This document shows positions 26,001-39,556 of a stretch of 64,000 nucleotides of DNA, one piece after another. Both the position numbers and the translations under genes were made by a program. The notes beneath the pieces are model-generated. The model searched no databases. It was not told where the DNA came from and saw nothing but the letters and a program-made list of their open reading frames with translations. The stretch is from Ptychomitrium polyphyllum. Its lineage: Eukaryota. Location of the stretch: NCBI GenBank assembly GCA_973851085.1, contig OZ316776.1, positions 13,826,001 through 13,890,000 of the forward strand, read 5' to 3'. How positions within the stretch are numbered: position 1 is the first letter of the stretch; every line of letters starts with the position of its first letter.

Positions 26001-28318
26001 CCACTAGAAGAACAATGGATTGTATGGACTTGAATTGCCTACAATGCAGCCAACCGACTTTAATCCTTGGATTATTCCGTGGTTGATCAATATAAATCTT
26101 ATAAAAAAATAGTTCAACCTCCAAATTCTAAAATAATGTAGAACATCCAAATGAACCGCTAGGCATAATAAAGTCACAACACTACAATTAAATTTAAATT
26201 CACAAAGTTTTAGAGACGTTCACATCATTGCCCTGGTTCAAAGTATATATAATAAGTAGAATAAATGAAAGAAATGGGAAATCAAGGCAGCAGTGTAATA
26301 CAACAACACAATCAAATTATTAACAAAGTAAAGAATATCTTATCAATGCCTAATTGAGTTGTTGACAGGCAAGGAGTCTCTTCTAATTCAAAGTTCCTAA
26401 AGTTGAGGTTGTCTTTAGATACATTTGGTGTAGAAGTAACATCTTTCAAAGGTTTGTGGAAGACTTGGCAATTGTTGGGGCCCAATAATGTGGCATTCAA
26501 AGTCACTATCAATTCCTTCGAAGGAACAAAGATAATAAGTCCTTGTAAATTTGCAAGAGGGTGCAAGGGGGTTGCTGCGCTTTATCATGTAAAAGCGGCT
26601 TGGAAGACTTAAAAGAGTCAAGCAAGGCTCTTGAAGTGCTAAAATGCAACTGCTATTTTAGAGGATTATAGGCTTTGATGGTATTCAACAATTGAATGTT
26701 CAAAGTCAACTCCATCCTGGAAATTGTTTGGGCAATTAGCTTAGGAACAGTGGCCATTTAGTTCTTGGACTCTTTCCTAATCTCCCACTAGAAGTCCTAG
26801 TTCTTCCTTTGCCTCTTCTATTGCATTTGCAATTGCATTTCTTTGAACTACTTACTTTACTTCTCCTAAACTTTCATCATAAAAACCATTTAACAATTGG
26901 CAGTTTCTTTTAAAGCAAAAGAAGAAAGTAGAGCGCTAGTGTGACAAAGACAAACAAAGGTAGTATGGTGGAAATGGTCATCCATTGGCAGCAAGGTCTA
27001 GCAAGAAGAGTGGCCCTTCCACTTCTTGTCCTTCCTACAATCCATACGCTCGCGGCTAGATCTAGCACTCCTATGCAAGGAGGGATTTTCTCCCCGTTGA
27101 ACTTTAACAACAAGATTGAAATACTTCAATTTAGAAGCCATTATTTTTGCCCGCTCCTTCTGCAACAATCTGTAGTCATCCTCAATATCAACATCATCAT
27201 CAAATGGCAGCAACAACAATGGATGAGTTGACATAAATGGCTCCATGCATTCCATATCTTCTCTAGCACTCAACTTTGCATCATGACTAGAAGATTTGTG
27301 TATAAGCAACTACACTTGTATCCTGCCTTTGTTTTCAACATCTTCATCTCCCTTTAAGTCAATGATCTCTATTGCCTTAAGCTTACTTCCTATTTTATTG
27401 GCTCTTGAGTCCTTTATCTTGTGGGAAAACTTGTATTTGTCAACAATATAAGAATTGTGTTCAAAATCAAGCATGTCAAGATTTTCCAAAATAGCTAGTA
27501 GTGTTTTAAACTTGTCAGCTTCTTCCAAATAATATGTACTGAAGAAGCTCATGGAAGCCATTTAACATATACAAAAATTATTGATTAGGCAGTCAATATA
27601 GATAAGCTCATTGAATGACCTAAGGTAGAAAAGTGAAAATTGAGACTGACACACTAAACAATCCATTGAGGATTTAAGTTTAGCTTGATTTGAGCGCTAA
27701 TAAAAATGGCAAAACTATGAGTACTATAAGTACAAATGTAACAAATGCAAATTAAGATATTACATTGCCTAATAGAAGAGTGGCTATAAATCCAACTTGA
27801 ATCATATTATTACAATAATGAGAACAATGGAGGTGCAATTTTGTTTTTATTAAACAAAGCCTTTCAACCTTAATTTGGATCCATCAAATTTTTTTAACAT
27901 ACAAATTTTTGAATTTTCATGGCGTAAAAATTTTCTTCCAACATTGGTTTCTTACAATAGAACTTCTTGGTTTAGGCTTTAAATATCATGATTGGATTCT
28001 TCAACTTGAAGAGTATACTATTTTCATATTGTTGGTGGTATTGAAGCAAGTAAGCTTTGTTTAAACTTTATTTTATAACTTTTGAAGTCCTGCAATAGCT
28101 GCAAACATATATTTTGATGTTCTTGATATATTATCTATAACTTCAAGAACTTTATACCTTTGCAAAGAATAATTTATATAATAAAAAACAATAAAGGCAA
28201 GAGGAATCAATGTTAGCTTAGTGGAAGATAATTCACATCCTTCAGGAAGACAAATGATCTATTATCTTCTTCAAGAAATCCTTAGCTCTGAGGAAGATAT
28301 AGCAATTTTGACAAATAA

Positions 28319-28668
28319 TATTGGATAAAAAGATAAGACACGAAATCAAAACAAGGAGATGGAATAATTAGATTTTATACTAAGAATTAGAAATCATGAC
28401 AAGGTACAAGGCTAAAAATTCTAAACTAAATTACAAGAGATGCGTTGTCAAGATTGAAGATTTTTTCAACCTCAATCCTTATATATTAGAACTAAAAGCC
28501 TTGAAAGCTTTTCAAAAGGCTTCAAATACAATGCTTTATATTCAAGCAACATTGGATTGCTTCTTTGGGAGCTTTGTTAACCTTCTTGGACGTTTTGAGA
28601 ACCTTTGTAAACCTCCTTGAACCTTCTGATCCTTCTAAAAGTTTCTAATGTGTATATTTGTGAGAACA
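28319..28668 (-). mobile_element. Possible short solo LTR
   Basis: The minus strand reads TGTTCTCA...TATATAAGG...CCAATA with LTR-like agaagg repeats. No TSD seen. Confidence 0.35.
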
Positions 28669-28829
28669 TGTGTTGTTTGATAGTTTCATTGGCAAAGATG
28701 TAATGTATTGAATTTTGAAGATTTTGGGTGCAATTTGACGTTTTCTTATCCGATAAAATATAGAATTTATAGGGAAATTCAAGGTTTTTTAGACTTGCCA
28801 GAGTGGTAGAGGATGAATGGATGTAGCAC

Positions 28830-29020
28830 CTGCCCTGCCCTCACCTCTCTCGCTGTTCTCTCTCTGCTCTCTCTGCCCTCTCGCTGCCCTATCTCTGCTC
28901 TCTCTACTCTCTCCCTGCCCTCGCTCTGCCCTCTCTCTGCCCTCTCTGCTCATTCGCTGCTCTCTCTGCTCTCTCTGCTCTCTCTCTGCTCTCTCTCTTC
29001 TCTCTCGCTGCTCTCTCTGT
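28830..29020. repeat. CT-rich simple repeat (ctctctgctc-type) in the PAC2 promoter/5' UTR
   Basis: Directly visible low-complexity pyrimidine tract. Confidence 0.9.
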
Positions 29021-29148
29021 GTGAGTGGGTGGGTGTGTCACTCCCCCGAGAGAGCCATTTATGCGCCCCCTCCATTCCCCATTCCACTCAGGGTTTGCAC
29101 CACACGGACGCCGACGCTGCTCAAGCGGGGACGGGACGGGACGCAGTC

Positions 29149-31468
29149 ATGGAGTTTGTTAGGATTGACGGAGGGAGAAACCATTTACGGCACACGGGCA
29201 CGTTTGTCGTGGTTCGTGTAATCTTAATTTATATTGGTACAATTAGTATTTCCTTTTGCCATTTTTATTTTTTCCCGAAACGATACTTCGGCAGTTTGTG
29301 TTCACGATTTCAGTATCGAAAACAGGATTGCCTGGCGATATCTGTCATTTTGTTAATGGACTGGAGATTTTTTGTTGACAACCGCTGTAATTTGATGGTT
29401 GCTGTGGATGCAGCCAGCTCTGTCTATGGGTAATGCAGGTCAGCTAGCAGTTGATTTGTTGATTTCGCATGGCGCTTGCAAAGCAGGTTTTTTAGAAGAG
29501 CCACATGTACTGCCTTGCGTTGGAAACGACCCTTTCGGGCCCTCTGCAGATGGAGACCTAGCTTTGGCGCTTGAAGGTATGTCTGTGACATGTTATGGAC
29601 AATTTGTTTTAGAATATCAAAATTTCTGTTGACATATTTAGTTGGGTGTGTGTGTGCCATTTGAACAGCTGAGCGGTCATTTTTTGTCCTCTTGTTATTG
29701 TGAGCCCATTTTTTCACAAAATAGGATACTGAAAATTAACTTGGGGTGTCCAGTTTATGAGGATGCAGAGCATAATGTTAGCATTGTTCAACAGCGAGCT
29801 CCAGTTATTAAGGTGGGATTTCCCTCACTTCTTCTTTTCCATCAGTCCATGCGCAATTAACTCAGAGCCTTATTTTCTGCCATGAAAAATGGGTCTTATA
29901 AAACGAGATTGAGATGCTTGTGTGAATAATTTTAAAGATCTCTTTTTGTTAGGAATGTGTGAGCCTTTTGTCTACTCTAATCAGATCGAAAGAGTAGACC
30001 TCGAGCAGCAGAACTCTTCGATTGTTAATGTACCTGATTTTTTTTTCGAGGAACCAGGGCACCATGATGAAATTTTCAAAGAATCTTGCCACTTGGGCTG
30101 CTCAAGAAGGCGTAAAAGAGGTCATAATATTGTCTGGATTGGATTCTGGAAAGGTTCAAAGGAGTGAGACGAACATGTATGTCGCGTTTCCCTACTGCCT
30201 CCGTTCTCTCCTTTTGTGAGCTTTTACACTTTCTATATATTGCAAAGGTGATGCTTATATGGGGTGTTGTCATCGGTTTCCTTGAAAGGGTTTTGGCTAA
30301 GAGTCAGTTATATTTGAACAGGCAGAGTCGTACTTAGTCCTTCCGAATACTCTCTTAACACATGGATTTACTCGAGAAGACACGTATGGTTTTTCGATGT
30401 GGATAACGTCTCTGATACGCATGGTTTTAAGGGTACTAGAAATGCACATAAGATAAGGACACTTTTGGTGTCTTTTCCTAATCGATATCAATGAAGCCAC
30501 CACATCTAGTCAACTAAGTACCTTTGTTTTAACAAAGATCTTCTGTGTATATTATTATATTGTGTTCTCATCCATTACTGCATGATTATGAACCAGTTAT
30601 AAGCTTTCATTATGTCGTGTTTTTGCCAGGCACTTATTCTCTGTTTTTGTCTATAGCCCACAGATACAGTATATCTCTACAGCAACGGAAGATGGTTCTG
30701 ATGATCGATGCGAGCAGTTAGGATGGAAACGGCTGCAGCATTATTCACCTTCTAGTGAAGCTTGGCTGTTGCTAGATCATCAAGCTGCTTTGGTTGGGGA
30801 TTCATTTAGTACAGAAATTCTACTAACAGATGATCTGTATTTTCCTGGACAACCCTTTGCTTCACTTCTAGCATGTTGCAAGGTAGGAATTTATCATTTG
30901 GACTGTCTTCATGTGCATGAGAATACGAACGACCTTAATCCTTTTGACAAAATGAAGCAAAGGGTTGTCTGCTGCTTTATCTAAAGGTGCCTCAGCAGAT
31001 GTTCCCTCGTGGTTGAGTTATTTGAACCAGCGTATATAGTTCGGGACAAACTTAGAGTTTTTATTTTAACTGGTTGTTATTTTCTAAAAGCGTGTGGATG
31101 ATTGCAGGCACAAGGTTTGCAGGTGGTTTGTGTTCTCTGCTTTTGCGCTGAGGGAGACAATGTTCCAGATGCGTTTCTGATCGCTGATGGTTTACATCGC
31201 TTTCTAAATCATGGAAACATAGAAAGCCAGGGTAGGGAGTAGCTCCATACATATTTGTAAAGGGTAAAAAAAAAAATTCATAAAAAATAATTTTTTTTGA
31301 AGAACAGCACTGTCAAAATCCTTTCTTTTCATACTTCTCTTGTTTACTTATTTTCTTTATTCACTTTGAAACGTGGTGTTTTGGCTAGGTGCTGGAGTTA
31401 CTTGGAAAATTCCGCTATCGTGGACTACAGTCTATGGGCCACCACCCGATGAGACAATGTTCAGTTGA
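29149..31468 (+). CDS. PAC2: Proteasome assembly chaperone 2; exons 29149-29211, 29414-29576, 29754-29812, 30058-30176, 30657-30882, 31108-31231, 31389-31468
   Basis: GT-AG introns give a continuous frame: MEFV...PALSMGNAGQLAVDLLIS...VLPCVGNDPF...VQQRAPVIKG...VIILSGLDSG...LCFCAEGDNVPDAF...WKIPLSWTTVYGPPPDETMFS*, which is characteristic of PAC2/PSMG2. Confidence 0.93.
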
Positions 31469-34289
31469 TTTTGAATTTGGTAAGTTAGGACTAAATGTTT
31501 CTGCCAACTTAGGTTTATCCCCGTTTAATAATATTCGTGTCGTGTTTGTGCTCTTAGCTCCAGTGCTCTAGGTGAAAAAGTAGTGTAGCTGAAATTACTT
31601 GATTCTGAGTTTTTGTAGCATCAAGAGTAACAGTTTTTGCGCACTCATCTACTTGGCTTGCAGTGTCTACTGTAGCTACTGTTTCAGTTTTTGGTTGCTG
31701 GGCATAGTGTTATGCTGGGGTTTCAGTGGTACTGATTGCTTCTGTTCTGCATTCTTGACGCATGTTCTTACTTTTAAATGGTGGGTGGATGTGCAGGACT
31801 GGCGTAGTTTACATACTGCTGGTTGACAAATCTGTTTCGTTGTGGCAGTAGTCAATGCCGTTGAGGCCAATAGTAGTGGAACATCGCGGAATGGAGACGA
31901 GTATAAGGGTTTCATTATTTCGGGAGACATTGGCTGTTCATTTTACAAGCTGAATTTTAGAGGCTTTTGTTGATACTTGCAACACCTTATTTTTATGGGA
32001 CTAGTGCCATGTGTACGTTCTTGCATGGGCGTTGTTCCATTGAGACACAACGTGCGTAAAATGTTGGAGTGCTGCACTTTGATTCTTGTACTAACATCTC
32101 GAGTATATATGAGTAAGAAGGGAAGGAACTGCAACTGTCAGAAATATCACGTTGTGGAAGACTCATACTTCATGTGATAAACCCACATCATGAAAATCTC
32201 ATGTCTTTCGTGATAATGCCTTGCATTCAGGCCGTGAAGAAAGAGAACCTTGGTTTGGAAGCTGATAAATTTTGAAGTTGAGCCACTCAAAAACATTAAA
32301 TTGTCTTTGAAGAAATGGTCAAATCAAAACATTTAGTTCGGATGCACTTTAAGGAAATCAACAGACCATAAAGCCTTAAAGAAGTTAAAAAGTGTAAATA
32401 AAATCAACGGTTTCGAAAGAGAGAAACCCACTGCGTCGTTTTGAAGAAAGTGGGGAGGGGATAGGGAGCGCAGCAGGGAAGGGAATCCAAGCGAGGGCGG
32501 AGGGGGGGGGGGGGTTGGGCGGCAAAACCACAACGTGAGAGGGGGTGCAAACCAGAAAACCGGCACGCAAGGGGCAATGGTGTAAGCGTGGTGTACATTG
32601 CATGCCCCGAATCCTGCCCCGCACCACATGCCCGTCACCCCTTCAGGTACGGCGAGGCAGCCCATGTGTGCAGAAGTGGAGGGGAGGGCGTCGGCATCGA
32701 CACATCGCATGTGCGGGTGGTGCCGCAGCCGGAGCAACTTGTGAGGTTAGCGGCCTCGAATCCAGGAACAGCACCAGTCAGGGAATGCGGGGTCTGGGCC
32801 AGCCTCACCGGAACTCACCCCACACCCGCCAAACCATCCACATTTTGGTCGATGTGATTGCGGCTGCTGCTGCTGCGCGTCGCCTCTCGGTTGGCGCTCT
32901 CTTTTTCGCTCGCAGGTTTCTCTCGTGCAGCATCGCCGCCACGTTCTCTGCCACGCTCCTCTTTCCTTCACGCACTCTACTTTACCCTTAACCCCAATTG
33001 TCAGCCTTGGTGACCATCGCTCTTTCCCCCTCCCCAAGCCGGCCTCTTTTTCTGCCCCTTCAATTCACATGCAAACATCTTCAACCCTGTTGTGTCGTTG
33101 CCACTTCTACTTCTGCGATCAGGACGTGTGATTCTCAATGCTTTGCGTCTAAGCTTTAGGGTTTTTCACGCTGGTGAAGAAAACGGAGAATTACACTTTT
33201 GCCGTCTTAGAGGACTAGGGCCCGAGAACTTTGATAGATCTTATTAGGACGTTAGAGACATTTTGTAAAGGTTTCGTATGTGTCTGCACTCAAACCTGCA
33301 AGCTAGGAAGTGATCGTAGGAGCGTCGATGAACTGCACAAGCAAGGCACCTGCCTCCGTTTTTTAGTCTTGCATAACAACCATCTCCCCCCGGCCCCCCC
33401 AAAAGTTTATCTCGCCCTGTATTTTGTCTGTTTCTGAAGAACGATTGTTGGTATAGGTCACCGAGTTGTGTAGGGGCAGGGATTGTGAGGTGCTCGAGTT
33501 TTCATCATCTTGCCAAGGATTGATGGTCGCGTGCATCCCACATTGAATAGGGCTTCCAGCACGTCAATTGCACTAGAGAGAGGTGGAGGGATTTGGAGAC
33601 TGATGGTTATGTTGTTGACTGTATCAGGAATCAAGTATCCGTGAATGAAGTGGAGAAAACGGATGGTCTGTTTAATCAATATGCTGATGAGGCGGATGAT
33701 CGTTGTATATGGTGAGTGAGATTTAGTTCGAAGATGTTTGAAGAAATACGGATTCACGTCACCATTGGTTTTCTCAATTTTGGCTGGCTTTTTTAATTCT
33801 GGTGGAGTGGTATTGCATCTTGCTTCTTGTTTGTGTAACGTTCCATGTAGCAGGAAAGTTTGCGCTCTTACTACCCGTCTGTGGTTCAAGGCCTGATTGA
33901 ACATGTGTTCGTTGTAGATCTCTTTGATATAGTGAAAATTTGCTTTCAGTTAGTTGATTGTATTATTTGTGTGCTTTTGTTTCATCTAGCAGACAATAAT
34001 CGTTTCCATCTCGTGTGCAGTAGTTGAGTCGAAGAAGCAGATGTCATCTTCACTTTGACTGCTGTTTAAATCTTGCCCAGTTGGACTGAAGTTCAAGTCC
34101 TCAAGTCTACTTCAGGGCATATATTTCTGCTTCGCATCAAGATTGTATTTTCAGGTGCTACTATATGTGGGCTTCTACATTCAACAAAATCTACGGCAAT
34201 GATTAGATGAACTTCTAGCGCACTTGTATAATTTTCCACCAAGGACCAGGATCCGTTAAGGAGAGGAGAGGACCACTATCCGATACGCA

Positions 34290-37200
34290 ATGTCTTGGTT
34301 TTCGAGTACCTTCTCTCTGTCTGCAGCACCTTCGCAAGAGCAGGGCGAAATCGGTAAAAGAGATCAAGATGACGAAGGTGATAGTCCGAGTCAGCCGCCC
34401 CCACGAGGCAAAGGCGTCACGGACGAGTTCTCTGACCTTACCAAGAATCTAACCCGACAATTATGGGGTGTTGCATCTTTTTTGGCTCCTCCTCCAACCA
34501 CTGAGGATGGATCTCCGAAGCACACGAACACATCTCAAACCGAAACACATAGCACGACGATCGTTGGCTGGTCAGAAGACCCTCAAGTTGCTGTGGCTGT
34601 TGTTGCAACAGAAGAAAAGGATCTCATTAGGTCCCCATCGGTGGTAAGAGTAGCCGGAGTGGAATATTCTAGTCTTGCAGAAAGTCTGAAGACTTGTGAG
34701 GATTTGGACAATTCGTCAGCCAGTGGCTCTCCCAGTGCATCTGGGAATAAACTTATGGGTTTCCGGAGCGACTTGGCTGAGCTGAGGGGCACCATGGCTA
34801 CCGGCTTTTCGCGAATACAAACAGTGATTCGTGCCGTAACAGAGGATGAAGATGAGGACATAGAAGATGACGGTGCAGAAACTTCACTTGCGGGTGGTAA
34901 CGTCTCTGATAATAGTGGATTGAGTTCCTTGCTGAAGCCACTGTTGGTGACTATGTCATCATTTCGTGAAAGATTTCCCAAGAGCGAGAGAGGACAAGAT
35001 GCACCCTTAGTTGCAGGCGAACGTGGCGAAGGAGACATAGACTACGGCGTTCGACTCAAGGTTCGTATGCTGTATATTTGAGACGACGAGTAACGATTTG
35101 GCATAGAGGTTGTGTCGTGGTCAGAAGTTAACGATCTACAATTTCACTTAACAATTACAACTCTCTAACTGCACTTTATAATCTGAGATAGTCGACTATT
35201 TGGCCCAGCGAATTTGTACTTATATCTCTCTTAGTTATCTCAAGCTTCAAAATTGGAAGCTTTGGGTGAATAATCATTTGGAGGTGTTGACAGAGTGATG
35301 TTGCTATTGAGGTGGTTACAATGTACTCATCAGTTTATGCACGTAACGTCTTAGGCTTTGAGAGCATGAACTGGCAATTGTTTTGTCTTTAAAATGAAAT
35401 GTGAAAAACTTGAATTCAGAGTGTTCTCTCGTAGCGCATCTCGTCAGTTTGCTCGATTCCTAATACTGGTCTGCAGATTATGTATTCTGATTTAGTTTTT
35501 CGATATGCAGCCTGCTGGTCAAAGTTCACTTGCAGGAAGCATTGGTGGTTTTTCGAGACTTGCTACAAGTTTCATCCCCTATGCCCGGGATATTGTTGGA
35601 GAAATTTCAGGAAGAGACTACTACGCTGTGGCATTGACAGATGAGGTGGTCGCCTTTGCGGACAACATTGCAATGCACCCGGAGACATGGTTGGATTTTC
35701 CTTTGTTGGAGGAAGAAGAAGATGATGGTAAGTCCTGGATTAGAAATTTGGTTCACCTTATGAAGTGGTTCGTTTCTTGCAACATTTGCAAATTCAGGTG
35801 ATGTTGCGGAGGGAGTATCAGCGGATGTGTGAGCCTTGCCGACCAGAGCTGAACTTAGATAAATGTATTAATAAAATTTCTACTTTACAAAAGTGGACAA
35901 AATGACGAAAATGACGTGGTGTTATAATCGTAACTCAGAGAGGTAAAAAGAAGATATGTACTTATTCGGCCCTCCCTTGGATTTATGACCGCAACTTCAA
36001 ATCATGAAGAAGTAACTGTTGCACAACGTATTTTAGTCTAGTTAACACTCTTTTTTTGGATTATGCAGTTCAGCTAGTACTTATCCCCCGATTGTGTCTT
36101 TCAGTGAAAACAGTAATCGCCTTCAGTCGTATTGTGTAGATTTTAAGATGACGGAAACACAACATGAGCATGCCAAAGCTGTGGAAGGTCTGTCGTCTAG
36201 GCTGGCAGCAGTGCACCTTGAGCTTTGCCCGGCTTTCATTAGTGATAGTCGATTTTGGAAGATCTATTACGTCCTTTTACATTCACGTCTCAGTAAGGAG
36301 GATGCAGAGCTTCTATCCACATCTCAGGTACGTACAGCAAGCCTTGTGTTCAACTGTTGCAAAGCGCAGCCACTTGTTTGTTCAAGTTGGCTATTTGAGA
36401 AGTGTTTTATGTTTCAGAAAGTCCAGGCTGTTGGAGATTCCTTAACTGTCTATCTGCTTGCAAATCTTTAATACAGTTTTCATTTCTTTTTATAGATTTT
36501 GAAAACCCGGGAGTTGCTTTTGCGCATCAAAAAAGACGATCCCGGAACTTTTGATACAGCCCCAACTCGGTCTGAACGTGAGGAGCTTGGACTCACTGAC
36601 TCGAACATGGTGCATCTGCCCTACGAACATGTTGCACTTGAGGAGCATCTTAAGTCTTCTGCTGAATCTGTTCCCTTGCCCATCGTGGAGGTGTCCTTGG
36701 ACGATACTTCTTGTCCCAAGTCAGAATCTTCTCAGGAGACTCTTACGGCTACAACAGATTTCGAGGAAGAAGCACATAATTCAAGCTCTGTGCATTTTGC
36801 AGCGTTAAAGCTGGACGATGAAGAGACAGATGCGGATGCTTGGCTTGACGACGAAGAAGGGAACGATGTGAAAGAGACTGCTGATAGAGGTCTGAAAACC
36901 TTTGTGAGTTTGTTGGTTGGATTACCAGCATGGATCATGATTTTAGTTTTGACATTCTCTAACTCATGTAATGCAGAGGCAGCAATAAGTGTGGATGAAG
37001 ATGTGTCGTTCAGTGATCTAGAAGATGACGACGATGGATGTAACAAAGGAGAGGTACGCTATTAAATATTTAGATATGGAGTTCATGTTAAAATCGTGTT
37101 TGAGTACAGCTTTATCAGACTGATTATTATTATAAGAGGCTCAAGCTTCATGTTGCAAGTAAGACAGTTTGCTAAATATTGTGAGGATTCCCTCTGCGCA

Positions 37201-37360
37201 GGATGGATCTCAAGCCGTCATCAATGACTTAAAAAGTGGCAGCGATAGGACCAGTGATCAAGCTTCTCATGGAGATGTATCATGTGGCAGTAAGCCTGAA
37301 CATGATTGGCACACAGTTAATGAAGAAGACGTGGCCAGTCCGACTTCCTCATCTCCTTGA
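34290..37360 (+). CDS. BSD domain-containing protein; exons 34290-35060, 35511-35727, 36140-36327, 36496-36889, 36977-37053, 37202-37360
   Basis: Plant BSD-family motifs TRQLWGVASFLAPPP, VVAFADNIAMHPETWLDFP, QHEHAKAVE...LELCPAFISDSRFWKIYYVLLHSRL and the acidic tail DEDVSFSDLE. Canonical splice sites keep the frame. Confidence 0.9.
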
Positions 37361-39556
37361 TAGTCTTTGGAATCCGAAGCTCCTGAACTCAATCCAGCTG
37401 AATAATGGCAATATTTGCCAAGTTAGCTTTTTTGCCTTTATCTTTTGTGAGCGGCGAGGTGGCGTTTGCCATTGAAGGCATATCAATTGGGATTTTGGAG
37501 GAAATGTTTCTTTATCTCTTTTCCGTCAATCTCCTCGCCGGTGGTAATCAAGAGCGTCTTCCTTGGTAACGAGTAGGGTTGACAACATAGACCTGGACTA
37601 GGTGATTGTGTTGTAAGAAAAGGTTATAATTGTATAGAGTGGCTGTTTTATAGAACTGAGAGGATGGGCTCCAACCAACGTTTGTGCTGATCCAGACATA
37701 TAACCTTATGTACTACTTACGTTGGTTAGTGTGTAGTTCACGAACTTTATCATGTTCTTCCTTGTTAGGCGTGAAGACAGTGAACGTCACCCAACTTGTA
37801 TGAAAGGGTATGCGAGCACATTACCGATAATTGAAAGTAGGATTTTGATTTGAATTCAATGTACTTAAATTTTTGTTCCAATTTCAATGCTACTGCCTGA
37901 GCCGGGGGATGGGAGGACTGAACCTGAGGGTGAGTGATGCTGATAGCTACTTTATTGGTTGTAAGCGGAGTGGTCTGGTTGGAATTGAAAGTACCTTACC
38001 CGAGGCTGTACCGGCACCATATTTGCCATTTCCTTGCGAGATTAGGTGATATATTCATTCTGAACCGAGTCATTGCCTTTGCCAGGATTGTTGAAGACAC
38101 CGCTTACAGACTACTGCATCATCCACCGAACTTGTGAATCATAAACCGTTACAGCAGAACCATCTTTATGGACAAGAGGACTTGTTCAATGGTCCTCTGT
38201 TTTTCTTTCAAGGTTTCCAATGTGTGCACAATGCAAGCAAACTAGTCTAGCAATTCCTATTAAAGTTTGTGTAGATGAGTGGTTTTACTTTAGTTAAAAT
38301 TGTTAGATTGCTACAGAAAAATTGAAATTTGGAATTTTCTATATTTGTTACTCTACAAATGTACCACCATAATATCTAGAAAGGAGAGGACACACATTGG
38401 TGAGTTAGGAAGTAGATTTCTGCCATTCTGGAACATTCGACAAAAAATCTTTTCCATCCTGACTCCTGCCAGGAATGTAATCCACAACCTCTTTTAAAAA
38501 TAGGAGCAGATTGCGCGTTCATCCATAGTTGTTATCATCATCGCCACCATCCGAGTTTTCCATCCATATCGAGTCTGCTTTTTCTGTTGACTGATAATGC
38601 TCTGAGGGTCATGGAATTGCAGCCGTGGACGAGTTGAACAATAGGAGACATCGAGCAAGTTTGGGAGGTGGGGTTGCAATGTGGACACAAGTGGGTTGCC
38701 ACCTCTCGTGCTGCGGAGAGAGATGCCCATCTGGCCAGAATCTCCAGGTTTTGAAATGAGACGGACTACGAGCGAGAATGAGGGTGAGAGAGAGAGAGAG
38801 AGTAGTGATCTAGGGCCTGCTGGTAAGCATCACATAACTTATACGATCACAGCTTCTCTGAGACTTTCTTTCTCTCTCTTGGTGGTTATTGTTGTTGCTA
38901 CTGCTGCTGCATCTTTGCTGTTGCTCAATTCCTCTGTTGCATCATTCACTAGCTCTCTTACCCTAACTTATCTCTCTGCCCTCTTGAGTCTCACCTTCGC
39001 TTCTGCCGTTTTAGATTACCCTCGTTCATTCTTCCGTTTCTTCGTTCCCCGACCTGTTCTTCGTCCTATTTCTCTGCGTTTTTCTTTCCTGCGAGGGTGC
39101 TCACTGCCCTTTTCATGTTCAGCTCTTCAACCCTTTCGAGCATAGTGCTGTTATTGACGCTTTTACTTCCGCGATTAGGACGTGCGATCCCCAATTTTTT
39201 GCTACTAAGTTTTAGGGTTTTTCAAGCGGGTGAAGGAAACAGAGATTCACAAGTTTATCGTCCTAGAGGACTAGTGTTCCCAGATTTTTGATAGTTCCTA
39301 CGCTAGTAGATGAGCTAAGGAAGAAGAGAAAAATGGGAATTCCCAATCTGATGAGAGAAGGATATGAATTCTAGAACTTTATCACGTCAATTAATAACAT
39401 TTCATTGACGTGATTAACAAAATTTTGTTGCGTTCTTCGAACTGTTTCTTGCGTTACTTCGAAAGTGATGTGAACTTGGGCCAGGACCCAGTGAGGAAGG
39501 TTGTATGACAGGTTACCTTAGCTCACTTGAAAGAGCTTACAAGGGCACGGAAGAAA

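Noticed and set aside
28813..29148. Upstream in-frame ATG giving PAC2 a 112-aa Leu/Ser-rich extension
   Set aside because: The frame is open only because it crosses a CT microsatellite, which lacks stop codons. PAC2 homologs begin at MEF (29149).
32333..33131. Cluster of overlapping ORFs on both strands
   Set aside because: A GC-rich promoter region is depleted of stop codons, and the translations are not protein-like.
34583..35038. Antisense Ser-rich ORFs (also 36732-37046)
   Set aside because: Shadow frames of Asp/Glu-rich BSD exons.
39300..39500. Box C/D snoRNA candidates after the telo-box
   Set aside because: No clean RUGAUGA...CUGA pair with a terminal stem or an rRNA-complementary guide that I could identify.
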